A stretch of 64,000 bases of DNA from assembly GCA_904063045.1 (NCBI GenBank), contig CAJFCJ010000005.1, forward strand, positions 1,131,988 through 1,195,987. The letters are read 5' to 3'. Origin of the DNA: Dimorphilus gyrociliatus. Taxonomy: Eukaryota; Animalia; Annelida. Below the pieces are notes generated by a model. It did not search any database, was not told where the DNA came from, and saw nothing but the letters and a program-made list of their open reading frames with translations. The position numbers were made by a program, and so were the translations under genes. This document shows, one piece after another, positions 28,535 through 44,388 of this stretch. The number at the start of each line of letters is the position of its first letter. Position 1 is the first letter of the stretch.

Positions 28535-31500
28535 ATGGGAGGAACAACCTCCAAAGCTGGCGATGGCTTTCCCGGAACACGGGAGGATATCGACACATCG
28601 TTTTTAGAACATTTGGATGAAGATATACGTAGACAATTAGAAGACTATGACAGAGGGAAAACTTTGAAAATAGAAGAACTTCGTGATAAGCTAACCAGTT
28701 TTGATGAAGAAAGAGGTACGATGATGATATATTTTAAAAGACAATTTCTGATTTTTGTTTTCTTTTAGAAATTGAGCGCAAGAGGTATGACGATACCATC
28801 AGTGACCTTAACTCTCGACTGGAAAAGCAAGTCACATCATTCGTCGATCTTCAGTCAAATATGGATGGAATAGGTATTATTTTTTAAATATTTAAACTTA
28901 ATCTTACCATTTCAAACCAAATTGCTTAGGCGACAAATATAGAAATACATGCAACGAGTTAAGAAACTTACAGGAACAACTTGTTAGGGTGGAAAAGTCA
29001 AAGGTAAAAATTTTTTCATAGCTATCTATTTTACACTTGTTCATACGGTAGCACGAAGCCGACCTGAATGTTTCATCTATATTACTGGAGAAAAAAGAAT
29101 ATGAAAATATGTTAGAGAGAAAGAAAATTGAAATTGATGCTCTACACGGTAAAAACTGCAACCAACTTAATTTACACAGTTTTCATTAGAATATTTCACA
29201 GATGAGTGGGAAAAGCTTTCGACAAAATATTCGGCATCTGAAAGACAAAAGTGCGAAATGTCAGCGTCCCTAGAAGAATTAAAATCAAAGTGTAATTTAG
29301 CACAGGTAAGATGAACTGAAAAGTTTTATTTAAATTTAATGTCTTAACTATGAATTTTAAGGGAAGGGAGAGTCAGGCAAGCGATCAACTTAAAAATATG
29401 AAATTTAAGTACGACTTGCTAATTGAAGACTTTGAAAAAAATACGAAAGAATTACATAAAGTTCGAAGTGAAACTTCATCAAAAGTTATCCAGTTGACAT
29501 CAGAAATTGATGTCAAGGTAATATTTTATGCTACTTTTGTTTGCATTTTTCATTGGTATAAATTGCAGAAAGACGAAATTAAATCTGCTATGGATTTAAA
29601 CAACGAATTACGTAGAACCAATAAAAATTTAGAAACTCAAGTGGCAAATTACGTCAAGAAACTACAAGAGGTTTGATAATTTTCTTTTAAAAATACATAT
29701 TTGTAAAGTATTTCACACACTTTTTACAGATGAGAGACAATGATTCAAACTTAGAAGAACGTTTTACGAATGAACTTATGGCAAAAGATAAACTTGTAAC
29801 CATACTGCAAACTTCACTTGAAAGTAGCGAAGCAAAGATTAAGGAATTAGATACTGCTTGTACTGAAATGAAAGGATTACTCGATGATTCAACAGAAGGT
29901 AACAAATACTTTTTTATTATACAGTATTAAAATACTATTTTAATAGCCTATAAGACGCTGCAAGCAGAAAAAGCAGACCTAAAGAGTAAGATTATGGAGA
30001 TTAGTAAAAACAGAGGTAATTAATTGTATTTGATATCCTGTATTTATTAAATATATATTTATATATATACATATATATATATTCAGATGATAGAATTGAA
30101 GAATTAAAATTAGAACTAGCCAGAGCAAACGAACTGTTAGGCGCTTCTGGTAATCAATCTCAACAAGTTGATTCGTCATTATTTTCTTCTCCTGTTGCAA
30201 ATGCCAGTAAACTTCTACAGAGTGGTGTAACTCTAACTCAGGTAAATTTCAACATTTTTTTAAAATGCCAAAAAAAATCAATTCTATCATTTCAAGGTCT
30301 ACTCGGAATACATCTCTATGCAAGAAAAGTTGCACTTGGAGCAGTTAAACAGCAAACGTTTAAATGATTATATAAATGAAGTTTGTTTCAAATAGAAGCT
30401 TGTGTCATTTTATTAATTTACTGTTGTTAAAGATTCTAAAAGAACTTGAAGATAAAGCTCCCTTACTGAATAAACAAAAGCAAGACTATCAAGAGGCTCT
30501 AGAGAATGTTAAAAGCCTAACTGAGCAGCTTGAACAGGGTAGAGAGGTTAGTGTCACACAATTTTGTAGGTTTTGGATGAATGATTTTATTGTAGACTTG
30601 CGAAAAATTCCAAGTAAATGCTGAAGATTATCAAAGAAGATATGCTAAACTGTCGAGAGACAATGATCGCCTCAAGCAGGAATGTAGGGATCTGGCTACT
30701 CAAGTTAGATGTCTATTGAAAGAGTTGGAGGAGGCCCGGGGTGTGGTTGTTCCAATGAAGGAACCATATCATCAATCTTTCTCCCCTCGTACATTAAATT
30801 CATCGTCTATTATATCGGAAAATTTAGTAACCTTTAAGAACATATCGGAACTACAGGAACAGAACCAAAAATTACTGGCTCTTGTTCGTGAGTTATCAAC
30901 TCAACAAGAAGATGCTGAAAAAGCAGCCGTTGATCAGAGGTAAATTAAGCACTAAAAAATGTTAATTTCCCGAATGAAAATATTTTAATATAGAACTGGC
31001 GAATTACAAAAGAAATTAGAAGGTGCTCTGGATGAGATAACTATTATGAAGGATACCAGACAAAAACAAGAAAAAATGATAAAGCTTGTTATTGAACAAA
31101 GAGATACTTTCAAACAAATATCAATGGACCAAGCAGTAGTATTATTTACCCCTTCAATATTCAATTCAAATATTTTTTTAACTTCAGAAGAGTCCATCGG
31201 GAATGAATACCTCTGATACTGAAATCTCGAAAGAAGGAAAGAAAATGCTGAAGGAAGCTCAAGAAGAATTTGCTGCATATAGAAAAGAAAAATTCGAGAA
31301 TGATAGGTTAAATTATTCAATCTGGCTTTTTCAGATTCGTTTAAACTTATTTCTTATTTTAGAATAATCGGTGAAGAGCTGGAGAGATATAGAAAGGAGA
31401 GTACTGAAGCGAAAATGAAGTGTGCTAGATTGTCTTCGCAGCTAGATCACGCCCAGGAACGATCTAAAGCCATTCAGAGCAATGCTGACGGCTATAAAAA

Positions 31501-34500
31501 AGAATCTGATATTCTGAGAGATAGAAATAGTAAACTGTCGGAAATGATCGTGAAACACGAAACTGTCATATCTTCACTGAAAGAACAGTTATTATCAGTT
31601 CAAGGAAAACTTAGCACTTTGGAAATTAGTAATGAAAATCTTCGCTCAGAGAGGGATCATTATAAATCTTCAGAAACGCAGCTTCGCAGGGAACAAGATT
31701 CGTTAATTGCCAACCAAAAATCAAGAGATGTTTTGCTGGCAAACCTCAACTCTCTTCAGGAGCGATTAGAGAAGTCTGAAATGGAATCCAGAACGAAGTT
31801 GGAAAAGAAGGTGTGACTTTCAATGTGGGTTTTGTAAACAAATTTGAGAAATTATTTAATTTTTTAGGTCGAAATGGCTGAAAGGGAATCTAGAGAGTTG
31901 CGAAGGAAGTTAGATGACGTAGACAACTCGCACCGAAGCTATGTTAAAATGCTACAGGTATCTTTCATTATCATACCCAAAGAGTATCAATTTTTAGTTG
32001 TTATTTCAAGGGTCAAATGGAAAGCATGAAAGTTGAAAAGGATGCTATGTACGACTCACTTCAAAAATCTCGAGAAGACTTGGCAATTTCCCAAGAGAGG
32101 ACTGTCGAGGTAATTTTTACTTAAAAAGAATTCACATTTTGTACCGAGATTGAACAATTTTAGTCCTCTGGAGATTCTCTGCGCAACGTTTCCACAACAC
32201 ATCCAGTTAGGCAATTTTACAATTTAGAAGAGGAAGTCAAAGAACTACGGTACGAGTTAGAAGAATCCAGAAGAAAACAGCAAGGTAAGATCGCGTGAAA
32301 TATAATACTCTACAACTTGTCAAACACGCATTCTCACGACACAGAAATGGAAGAAATGATATCAGTCAATAAAAATCATGTAACTGAATACAGAGAATTG
32401 GCTGAAAAGTATGAAAAGCAACTCAGTGATCAGAACAACTCAGTTAATGAATTACAGAAGAGATTATCTGAAAAATCAGATGAACTCTCTAATCGTAAGT
32501 TAATGTGTTATTTTTGTACAGGCATATTCATGTTTTATTTCTTGTACAGTTCGCAGTGTTTTTGAAAAGTCCACTAATGATCTAAATGAAGAAAATAAGA
32601 GACTATTGAATGAAGTTTCAAAACTGTCATCATCTAACAGAAGATCTGTAAGTTAATCGCTAAAATGAAATATTAGTTAACTCTTTCATGTTTAGATGAC
32701 GGAACTTGGCTCTGTTGAATTGGAAACTGAATTGTCTCAACTACGTCAACAAGTTGAAGAGCTTAAAAATACAGAAAAACAAGCAATAGAAGATAGAGAT
32801 TCTCAACAGAAAATAGCTGAAGAATCACAGAAGAAATTTGAAAATGAGATGCTACTGCACGCATCTGACTTAAAAGCACTTCAAGTAGTTAAAGAACAGG
32901 TATAGTTGTTTTTTCAATTAAAAAGGTAATCTAAAGAAAGTTTATTAAACAGCTTGAAAAGAAATCAGGTGAATTGAATCATTTCGAACGACTTGCAATT
33001 GATGCTCAGAAGAAACTAGCAGATCTAAAAGTAAAAAGTTATATCTTCATACTTAACAAGAAGATAATATCGTTTATTATTTATTTTCAAGGATTCCTTC
33101 GTAATTAAAGAAGCAAAATTATTAGATAACATTGTTAGACTACAAGACAGAGGAAAAGAATTGCAGAACCAGAACGATACACTCCATAAAGAACTAGAGC
33201 AGGTATGATTGATTTTTTTGCTTTTATTACTTTAGTGACAATTATACTTTGAAAGATTGGTGAGAAGTTGCTGACAATGGAATCTAAATCATCAAGCGTG
33301 TTGGCTCATGGAGAAATATCTGAAATGACTGCTGAAGATATTTCAACTTCACCATCAAGTCAGGTTGTCGAAATCATTAGATTTTTAAGAAGGGAAAAAG
33401 AATTAGCAGAGAGAAAACTAGAAGCTTCCGCACAAGAATGCGAAAGAATTAGAAAGCAACTTCAAATACATACTGTTGACTTGGAGGATGTAAAACAGAG
33501 TTTGAAAGAAGAAATTGAAAAGAATGAGGTATTGTATGGTAATGAAAAATAAGAATTGTTATTTTATCTTGCATCTTTACAGAGTAAACAGCAGCAAGCA
33601 GCAGAACATGCCGAACTGTTACATAAAATTGAGCAATTGAATTTACTGCAAGATTCTAATCGTCTATTGCGAGAAGAAAAGGAACGCCTGCAAAGTCAAC
33701 TAAAGGTTTGTCATGAGAGAATTCAGCATCTCGATATGTCCATACAACCTTTGGAGTCCATGAAAAGAATGTTAGAAGTTGAAAAAGAAACCCAAGGAGT
33801 TGAAATTAAAAGTTTACGAGAAGAGGTTGCGAACTGGAAGGAAAGGGCAAATAAGTTAATCGAACGCTACAATAAGACTGATCCTGATGAGCAAAAAAAA
33901 TTACTGTAAGCTATTAGGCTTTTTATGCTAATATATTAACTTTTTTTTTCTTATAGAGAAGAAAGAGATACGCTAAAAAAATCTAACTCGCAATTAATGG
34001 AAGAATTGCATAAACATAAGGCAGAATGTTCTGCTTTACGTTCTCAATTAAACACAGCACAGTAAGAATTTGCGCTAATCTATTAATATCTTTGTAATAT
34101 TTTATTTTATAGGGCTAACGTTCAAAAACTAGCAACTCAATTGAATCAATTAAAGCAGGAAATCGAGACAAAAACAAAAGATATGAATAAAATAAAGTAA
34201 TACTTTATTATTGATTAATAATACTGAGTCTATAATTTATACTTTTTATGCAACAGCGTTGATTTATCTCAAGCTCAAAAAGAGTTAAATAGTATTAAAA
34301 CGACATCTGATGCCAAAGGAAGGGAAGTAGACTCTTACAAGCAGCTTTATGAAAACTCAAAGCAGGAGTCTGAAAATCTTAAGAAAGAAAAGGAAAAAAC
34401 GGACTCCGAACTAAAGCAAGCTATCGATGATAGGGACAAGGTCTCCAAGAATATTATTCAAATAAAAAAATTAGCTCGAAAGTATAAAACTCAAGCTGAT

Positions 34501-36690
34501 GAATTAACTACAAAGGTTAAGTCATTAGATGCAGCAAAGGGTCAGACTGGCGAACCAGTAGAGGGCGAAAGAACGAAACTCCTGGAAGAGAAAGTTACTC
34601 AACTAGAAGCCGAACTTGAAGAAGCCAAATCAGTGACGGAAGAAAAACAGAAATTAAAAACCCAATTATCTGATGCAAACGAAAAATTGCATGATGCGGA
34701 ATCAAAATACGGAGATGTTGATAAACTTATGACATCGAAGGATACACAAATTGGTGAAGCAATGACTAAAATTGAACAGCTAGAAAAGGAGATTTCTGCC
34801 CTGCAAGAACAATTGGCCAAAGCAGCTGCGGAGAATGAGAAACTTCAAACCGATCTTAAAAATCAAAAGAGAATATTGAAAGGGGCTAAGAAGAAACTCA
34901 ATGATGACAAGGTTGAAATCGATGAAATGAAAGAGTATAAAGGTAAATTCTCTTGTGACAAATTTTCTTTTCAAAGATTGAGTTAATTTTTTGAATAGTA
35001 TCAATGGAAGGCAAATTTAGTACTTTAGAAGCACAAATTTCGTCTCTTGAAGGAGAATTGTCTACCCAAAAGAACGCTCAAGAAGAAGTAGACGCAGCTT
35101 TGGTACAAGCTCAGGGAGAAATTGGTCGTCTGAGCGAAGAAAATACGGCTTTAAGAGATAAAGTCAGTCTTTTTTTTTTCCTTTTGTAATTTAAGTTAAA
35201 CGATTTTTCTAAAGCAGTTAAACATGGGTCCCGGTACCTCTGTAACGAAAAAGCCTGCTCCTAAGCAAGCTCAGCCTGTCAAACCAGTCACTGTCGTAGC
35301 ACGTCAACCTACAATGCCGGTTGCCCGTCAAGTAGAAGCCAGAATAAGGCCGATAACGTCAGTAACGCCTACAGCTACCGTCATCCCTATGAGCGCTGTT
35401 ACAGCGTCTCATCAAGCTGAATTAAATACAGGGGAAACTGGTCAAGCAGTATCTACAAGTTCGATGGCAACTGCGGTGACGAGCGGAAATTTAGTAACAA
35501 CTGGCAGTCATCAGCACTTCGTTGACGTGCCTCCTACTCTTATCGGAACTACGCAGCCAACTTCCGAGCACGCCACTGTCGTGACGTCGGCAGCTATATC
35601 CGGTCAGGAGCAGACAGGCTTAGAGCATGTCTCAACTAGTACAAATACATCGAATAACGTTCTTATCGAGTTGGCACCCTGTATTCCGTCCACTTCTCAC
35701 GAGCAGTCGTCAAATGGCTCTAGCACTATACCGACAGCCAGCAAAAGACCACGCGAAGAGTAAGTCATTTATATCAATGAAACAAAAAGTATATCGTCAT
35801 TTTATTACAGACCAACTATAAGTACTGATCCAGAACATTTAGAAGGAGAAGATTTATCCAATCAACCTATTATAAAGAAAGCTCGACAGGAAGAAGAATC
35901 AGAAGATATTGAAGAAACAAACGAGGAAAACGAAGACTTAGCGTTAGCAGAAACTAGCGATCAAGAAAATGAACCTATCGCCGGCGGTGAAAATATGGAG
36001 GAAATCGGAGTGGAAATCGATGAAAATCCTGAAGAGTCGGAAGGGGACGAGGGAAAAGACGAAGAATTAGATACTGTTAGTGCCGATGAGCCAGAACAAA
36101 GTGAGGCAATTGACACAGGTCGATCGACAGAACAAGAATATCACTTATCTCCGTCATCTTCAACCAATGAAGAAACAGCAAATATTTCTGAAAGGGTAGC
36201 ACCAAGAGAAGCTGATTCTGCAGAAGACGCTGGCTCTCAGCAGCCAGAGGCTACCGAAGATGATTCAGTAGAAGAAGGTCAACTTCAAGAAAGCGAGCAA
36301 AGTGACGAAACGAAGGAAGAAGAAGTTCACTCTCCTTCTCCTAGCAAACCTGGACCTTCTACTGAGGAACCTTCCTCAACTACTACTGTTCAACAACAAC
36401 AACAACAGGAGCAGGTATCAACAGGAAAACGTATTCAGAAGATCGTTTGGGGTGACAACAGCGCCACCTCTAGTAGCACTCCTCAACGTTCCACAGTCGT
36501 TACTCAGCCCATTCCCCACATCTCACCAAGTCCAGCTCGCGGTCAACAGAAAGCCAGAAGATCGATTCCCGTCCTTCCGGGAACAGCTCGGGGCAGTAAT
36601 AATAATTCACGCGGTCAATCGCCGAATCGAGGGGTGTCGGCTAGAGGTCGTGGTGGTCGAGGGAGAAGCAGGCCTTGGCGTGGAATGTGA
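28535..36690 (+). CDS. TPR: Nucleoprotein TPR / Megator (nuclear basket coiled-coil protein), many exons
   Basis: Extended coiled coils, SSIISENLVTFKNISELQEQNQKLLALVREL, EIIRFLRREKELAE, an acidic tail and an RG-rich C-terminus. Confidence 0.9.
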
Positions 36691-37152
36691 AAATAGATTT
36701 TTCGAAAAGTTGGTCGATTATCTATACGGTTTCCGAGTTGTGTTCGATTATTGTAAACGTGTATTAAAAGTTTTTAATATATATACATATATGTTATATA
36801 GAGAGAGCCTACACGTTGTACATAGAGAAAAAGATTCAAAGATATGACACACAAGCACAATCTAGATAAGAACATAAAATATACACCACCAAACATTTGC
36901 ACACACATGTATATAGTATGTTCAGCTATATGTGTATGCTTTGCTACATATGGATAGATGGGATATATATATATCATACATAAACTGCAATATACACATG
37001 TCTTTATATATACATATTATTTAGTTAGCCATTATTCCATACATTAGCTATACAAGATTTAACTTTAACCGTGATATTTTACTGAAATTTATATATATAA
37101 TATATATATATACATATATCAGAGCAGTCTCTCTTTTGCAAATAAGCATCGT

Positions 37153-38530
37153 TTAAGACGACGACGGAACAGTAGATTTATTCAATTCGACGTTTTGTAG
37201 ACGGGAATAGAAATTGGCGGCGCCCGCCATTAAATTATTGGAGGCGAGCGAACAGCAGGGTTGCGACCAAAAAGGTGACGTCAAGGGCGACACGAAAGAG
37301 GCGGCAGCCGGATGAATGGAAGATAAGTGGTGGTAGTGGTGAAGTAGAGAAGCGGCATATTCGTAGTCAGTCGCGTAGCGAGGCCATTGACTTTGGCTCT
37401 GACTCCTAAGTAAAGCTGAATTATACAAGGCTGCGTATTCGTAGGCCAGTCGATCATTCGGAAATTGGGGAGTTGCCGTAGTTTTTGCTGGGGACGCCTC
37501 TTCAACTTGCGACTTTGGTGTATTAGCCAAAGCAGTTTTTGGCATTTCCGAAGCTGTAGACGCTTTTATTGGGGATGCTTGATCGATTCGCTTGCGTTTA
37601 CCTATGTATGGTAGGAGGCGCGACAGATCCGTCCTTATGCAGCTGTCGTCGACGACGTCAACTTCCGCTTCACTCTCAACCTCCTCATCACCATCCCCTT
37701 TTACGTCTTCTTCCTCTTCCTCTTTGACCTCTCTTTTCTGCTCGTCATTTTTCTCTTCTAATAATTCAGGCGTCTGTCTCTTAAATTCGATTCCCTTTTG
37801 AAGCTTTTGCACCACCCTCTCGAGATCAGACTTTTTCTGCGATAGGACGCCCTCTAACGGCTTTTTATCATCGCCGCCGGCCGCAATTTTATCTTCGGAT
37901 CGATGAGTCGTCGGTGGCGGCGGTCGCGCAGGCGGTGGTGGTGGTGGTGGTGATCGTGGTGGTGGTGGTGGTGGTGGTGGTGACTCGCAATCGTCGATTT
38001 TCGAAGAAGCGACCTTGGCAACTTTCATGTAAACAATCTCGTCCTGTCCATCGTCCTCAGCGCTTCGTTTACGACGCTGAATAGGTAAAAAGAACAAAGA
38101 ATGTAAAAGGCGTGCGTGCAACTGGAAAACGAGCGAGCGTCGAGTGACGGCAAGTTTTAATGCGGGTCACGTGACCGACGCTGACGTCAAGAAGCGAGCA
38201 GCGAGAGACGACAAAGAGTGTGGCGGTGGCCGGAGGCTACTGGCTGGCGCCTTGTCAATTGATCGTCACAGCTGCCCACCGTAGCCCTTAATGAGCCAAC
38301 GACGCTTCGCAACCGCACAGCGCCTCTTTTTCCATTTTTCTCCCTCGCCTCTCACAACCCTCTATATATAGCGGCCGTAGATATATAGATTATATAGAAT
38401 AGGCGGCGGACCGAGCGCACCTGCTTCGTGAGCGCGCATTTTCGAAGGCGGCCGTATCGACCGGCCGGCGCGCTTCGAAAGTAAATAGCGCGAGAACGAT
38501 AAGCACCGGCGGCGCCAAAGCGTTGAGAGC

Positions 38531-38564
<34 letters not shown>

Positions 38565-39002
38565 TAGAAAAAGAAGTATAACATACAGTAAGGATAGAGA
38601 GAAAAAATTGTATAGAGAAAAAAAGAATTTGTAAGGGCATGTCTTTTAAAAAATAAATAAATGTAAGCCCATATATATACGCTTATAAATGTACGCATAT
38701 ACATACACACATACGTGTATAGATTTATATGTAAATCCAGTATTCTTGTACGTACATGGTGAATTTATATATATATATATATATATATACTGAATATATA
38801 CTAAAATATTAAATTTATATATATATATATATATACAGTATATACAATATAATATACTAATATATATGTATAAATTATATGTATAGTACATGAACATCAT
38901 ATGTGTATGTAACACGTATGAAACTCTACGTACATACATTTACGTCTGTTGGCGTACGTGTATGCGGCACAATATACATGCTATGTGTTGTACCATACAC
39001 GA

Positions 39003-39055
<53 letters not shown>

Positions 39056-39478
39056 TGTGTGTATGTGTGTGTGTTTCTGATATAAATATATATATAGATA
39101 TATAGATATGTATACCTGACTCTGAGGAGCGCAAACTCGGCAACGGCAAGTCGCGTCGTGAACTCGTAAAACTCCTCTAGCGACGAGCAGCTTTAACGAT
39201 TTGCCGCGGTGCCGTATCGAACGTTTCCAGTCCTTGGCCGTTTGCCGGCCGCTGATGCGTTGCAGTTCGTTGGGCGTCAGCCACGATTTATCATACAGTA
39301 TACACTTCCCCTTGCTGCCTTGGCAAAGTCTATCGACATACATGGTCGCTTGGTTCTGTCCACATTCCACTTCTAATACGGCTTCTCCTTCTCGGTACTC
39401 TAATTGCAGCCAGTCAACAGCCTCCGCCGTCTTGTCCGTTGTCGTTTTCTCACCCGAATTCATGTTTTGTTCTGCCAT
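37153..39478 (-). CDS. SAND-domain nuclear protein resembling the N-terminus of SAMD11 (exons 39478-39116, 38076-37153)
   Basis: LEVECG..LCQGSKG..WLTPNELQRISGRQTAKDWKRSIRHRGKSL..H..CRC..C SAND motif. In-frame phase-0 splice to a Pro-rich, acidic exon 2. Confidence 0.8.
37933..37982. repeat. Imperfect (GGT)n trinucleotide repeat encoding poly-proline in the SAND gene
   Basis: Seen directly. Translates to PPPPPPPPRSPPPPPPP on the minus strand. Confidence 0.9.
38166..38189. promoter_or_regulatory. Palindromic E-box GTCACGTGAC (38166-38175) next to a CRE TGACGTCA (38182-38189) in the SAND gene intron
   Basis: Two perfect palindromes 6 bp apart in a GC-rich intronic patch. Confidence 0.45.
38525..38564. 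repeat. (GA)n microsatellite
   Basis: Seen directly. Confidence 0.9.
38766..38789. repeat. (TA)n microsatellite
   Basis: Seen directly. Confidence 0.9.
39005..39052. repeat. (AT)n microsatellite, about 24 units
   Basis: Seen directly. Confidence 0.95.
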
Positions 39479-42400
39479 CAGTGTTCTAATAACAGCTTAT
39501 TCTGCGTTTTCTAGCTTCCACACGCTATATATATTTTCACCTATTTTTTTCTCGCACGCGTTCGCCGCCAGCCGTCGGCTCAGAATGGGCGACGAAGCTT
39601 GCCGCCGTTGCGGGATTGTCGGTGGCAGAGCGATCTAAGCGAGGTAGCCTTCAGTATGGCGTTCGATTAAGTCTAACAGTACATTTCATACAAGATTGGT
39701 TCATCCTGGTACAAAGTGCATAATGACGCGCGGCAGAACGTTCTAACCGCCGGCACGGCGTACGAGCCGCCGCGATCACCGTCGTCAGCCGCTAGCTCGC
39801 ACCGCTCGTCATGCAACTATGCACTTTATCGCTCATAAAATTTTGCGTTTTCTGTATAATTCCAACATATTTTAAAAAAATTCGTTCCGTAGATATTAGT
39901 GTACATGCAATAATTATCTATTGGTGGTATGGATTTTTTGATATCTGACTCAGAATTCTCAGAAAATAACGTCAAAAGCTCTTTATCGAACGTTGGCGAA
40001 ACTAGCGCAGGTGGCGGGTCGGCGTGGACGAGCGGTGATTAGCGGGCTGCCGTAGTCGCTGCTATAAATTCGTGCGGATGGAAAGGAGAGAGAGAGAACG
40101 AAAGAGAGAGAAAAAATAAGAGGAGAATTTTACTTCGTTCTTCTCTCTATCGTCGCATTAGCACGCGCTCGACGCAAACGCCGCCCCCGCCACTTTTGCG
40201 ACGAAGCGGATCGAAGCCCAATGCCGTCGTCGACAGTGTCTAAAACGCTTATATATTTCTTGTGGGCGTTTCGATTAGACGAGGAGAATTTCTCTCCCGC
40301 CCCGGTATAGGCCGACGTTTTTCGCGGCGAGTTGCCGCCACCGCGCTCACTTCGAACGTTCTGTACCATGTGTGCCGTGAACTTTTGTTGTCTATTTTTA
40401 GGGGGCATAGCGGTGTTAGGCGGTTGTATTTTGCTACGGGCAAACTGTCGCCTGGAAAAGCGGGCGGGAGAGCGAGAAATTACAGCGGAGAATTACGTAA
40501 GCGGCGTTCGATGAGCATCACGCGTCACGGGGTACGACTAAACTCGACGGTGCCCAGCGCCGCCGTAGTTCAAACGATCCGTACCGCGTGATAGCGTCCG
40601 CAACTCCGTGCCTCAAGACTGCGCTCTTTTTTCCGCCTATTCGACGCGCCCTAAGAATTTTCTCTTGCCTCGTCTTCCTTCTCTCTTTTTTTCTCTCTAT
40701 CACCCTATTCTGTCTCTGTCAGCTTGTCTCTGCTATATTCTACTGATTTTTTCTGCCTGTTCTCTCAATTCTATCTGCGTATATTCTCTCAGTTTTTTTT
40801 CTCTCTTTCCTCACCCACCCTTTTTTCTCCGTTTTGCCTTTCTCTCTATCCTTCCTTCATAGAATATTCACCGCTCCTCTTTAGTAGGGGGCGTCTATGT
40901 AGTAATGGAACAAACCACCTGATGACGACCGTCTAGTCGTCGCCCGGGTATTACTATCGAACCGCTCTAAATTCACCACCTGCACTATTGATCACGACTC
41001 GGCGTCACTATATCGAACCTTTTTTCAACGCCGCTCCCTTTTTTAAGCTATCTGCGTTCTTTTTTTTTCATAACTTTTCTCTATACCGTCTCTTCTCTCC
41101 CGTTTTTCTGCTATTTATCGGCCTCCCTCATTATCGCATTAATTCGAACGAGCTGAACGATTAATTGGCGCCTGGGCTTTATCTTTATCATAGGTCTATG
41201 TCGTATTTATACCACCACGCAACTCTATTTCTATGACCGCCTAGTTATATTTCACCTAATTTATACCGCCCTTTTTCGAACGCAGTTATTCGAGACATCT
41301 AGTGGGAGGCGTAATCCTATAAATAGTTACTGTGAAATCGTGCAGGTGTCGCCAAAGTATGTCATGATATCCACAGATAAGTACCGCCACTTGACAGATG
41401 TTCTTATGGATAAATTTGATCCGACAGATGGCAGCAGTTAAATAAAAAATATGTTTTTTTATTGTGAAAAGTTTTGTTTGATGAGCGTTAAGTCGCATTG
41501 GACTTTATCGCATATAAACATTAGACAGTAATATAAAACTCTATATAAAATATTTAATTGAAATCAGTAAAACGCATCTTTATAGAAGTAACAACTCGAA
41601 TTATATTTAACGTAAAAAGTTGCGTTACCCTTAAAATCGTCCAAGTTTAGCTGTTGTTAATGTATAGAACTTATAGAACAACTTAATTTGATTGTTATTT
41701 AGATTAGAACAATTAACGGTGTAAGAAAAACCAGACCGATATTAAATAACCTGAGATGTTTGGTCAGTCCCATTAGTTTAATCTACAGTATGATTAATTA
41801 TTCATGTAAACGAGTGAAAATATTATGTAACAGCGTTCAATACTCAAAATTCGGCTCAAGGTGCTATTCAATGTCAATATGTTTTGAAACCTCACCAATC
41901 TTGATATTCGGTATCTCATGAGATGCTAATCAAATTTCCGAGGCACTTTCTCCAATTCCTTGTCAGACCAACAATTATATAACGTTAATTAACTGTTTAG
42001 TTTTTTTAGTTACTTAAATGTTAATTAGCCGGAGTTCTTTTCAACCTATAAAAATTCTGAACCTAAAAAGCAATATAATGCGCTGAGCGATAATATGTTA
42101 TAAACAATAAATGCTCATTTTTGGAAGAATAATCAAGAATATTGCTTAAATTGCTGATTTAGAATAAAACAGGTTTAGTACTTATCACCTTGAATGAAAT
42201 AGCGCAGATATATTATTTATTAGTCAAGAGGAATTGTACTTTTCATACGGATTGTATCTATTTCACTTTACAAATACTCAGTGGACAGTCTATCTTGCTT
42301 GGTTCGTTTTACTTCAAAAGGGGGAGGGACAATGACAATCTTTCAAGTTTTACAGTCTTCAAAAAGTATTGTCATCCCTTAAAATTTATCTCAAAATTTC

Positions 42401-42601
42401 AATAGCACGTATAGAATAAAATACATACACATAGTTTGTAATTTTTATGCTAAAAAAAAACTTCTATTGCATTTATTTAAGCTGCATTACCTAAATTAGG
42501 AGAGTCCAAAACTTCTATATATGCCATTGATTTCTAGTATTCGGCCTCACTTCTCCTTGATATATCCAATTAAACAGACTAAAGTTTAACAATATCTGAC
42601 A

Positions 42602-44388
<1,787 letters not shown>

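Noticed and set aside
28407-28598. Minus-strand ORF with MATMDSAIK followed by a GT donor, opposite the TPR start
   Set aside because: No convincing downstream exon or homology could be linked to it.
38362-39149. ORFs rich in YIYI and SLSL
   Set aside because: These are translations of (TA)n and (GA)n microsatellites inside the SAND gene intron.
40130-40936. Several overlapping ORFs (e.g. 40262-40591, 40130-40408, 40608-40862)
   Set aside because: They arise from stop-poor GC-rich and CT-rich low-complexity DNA. There are no recognisable domains or consistent splice structure.
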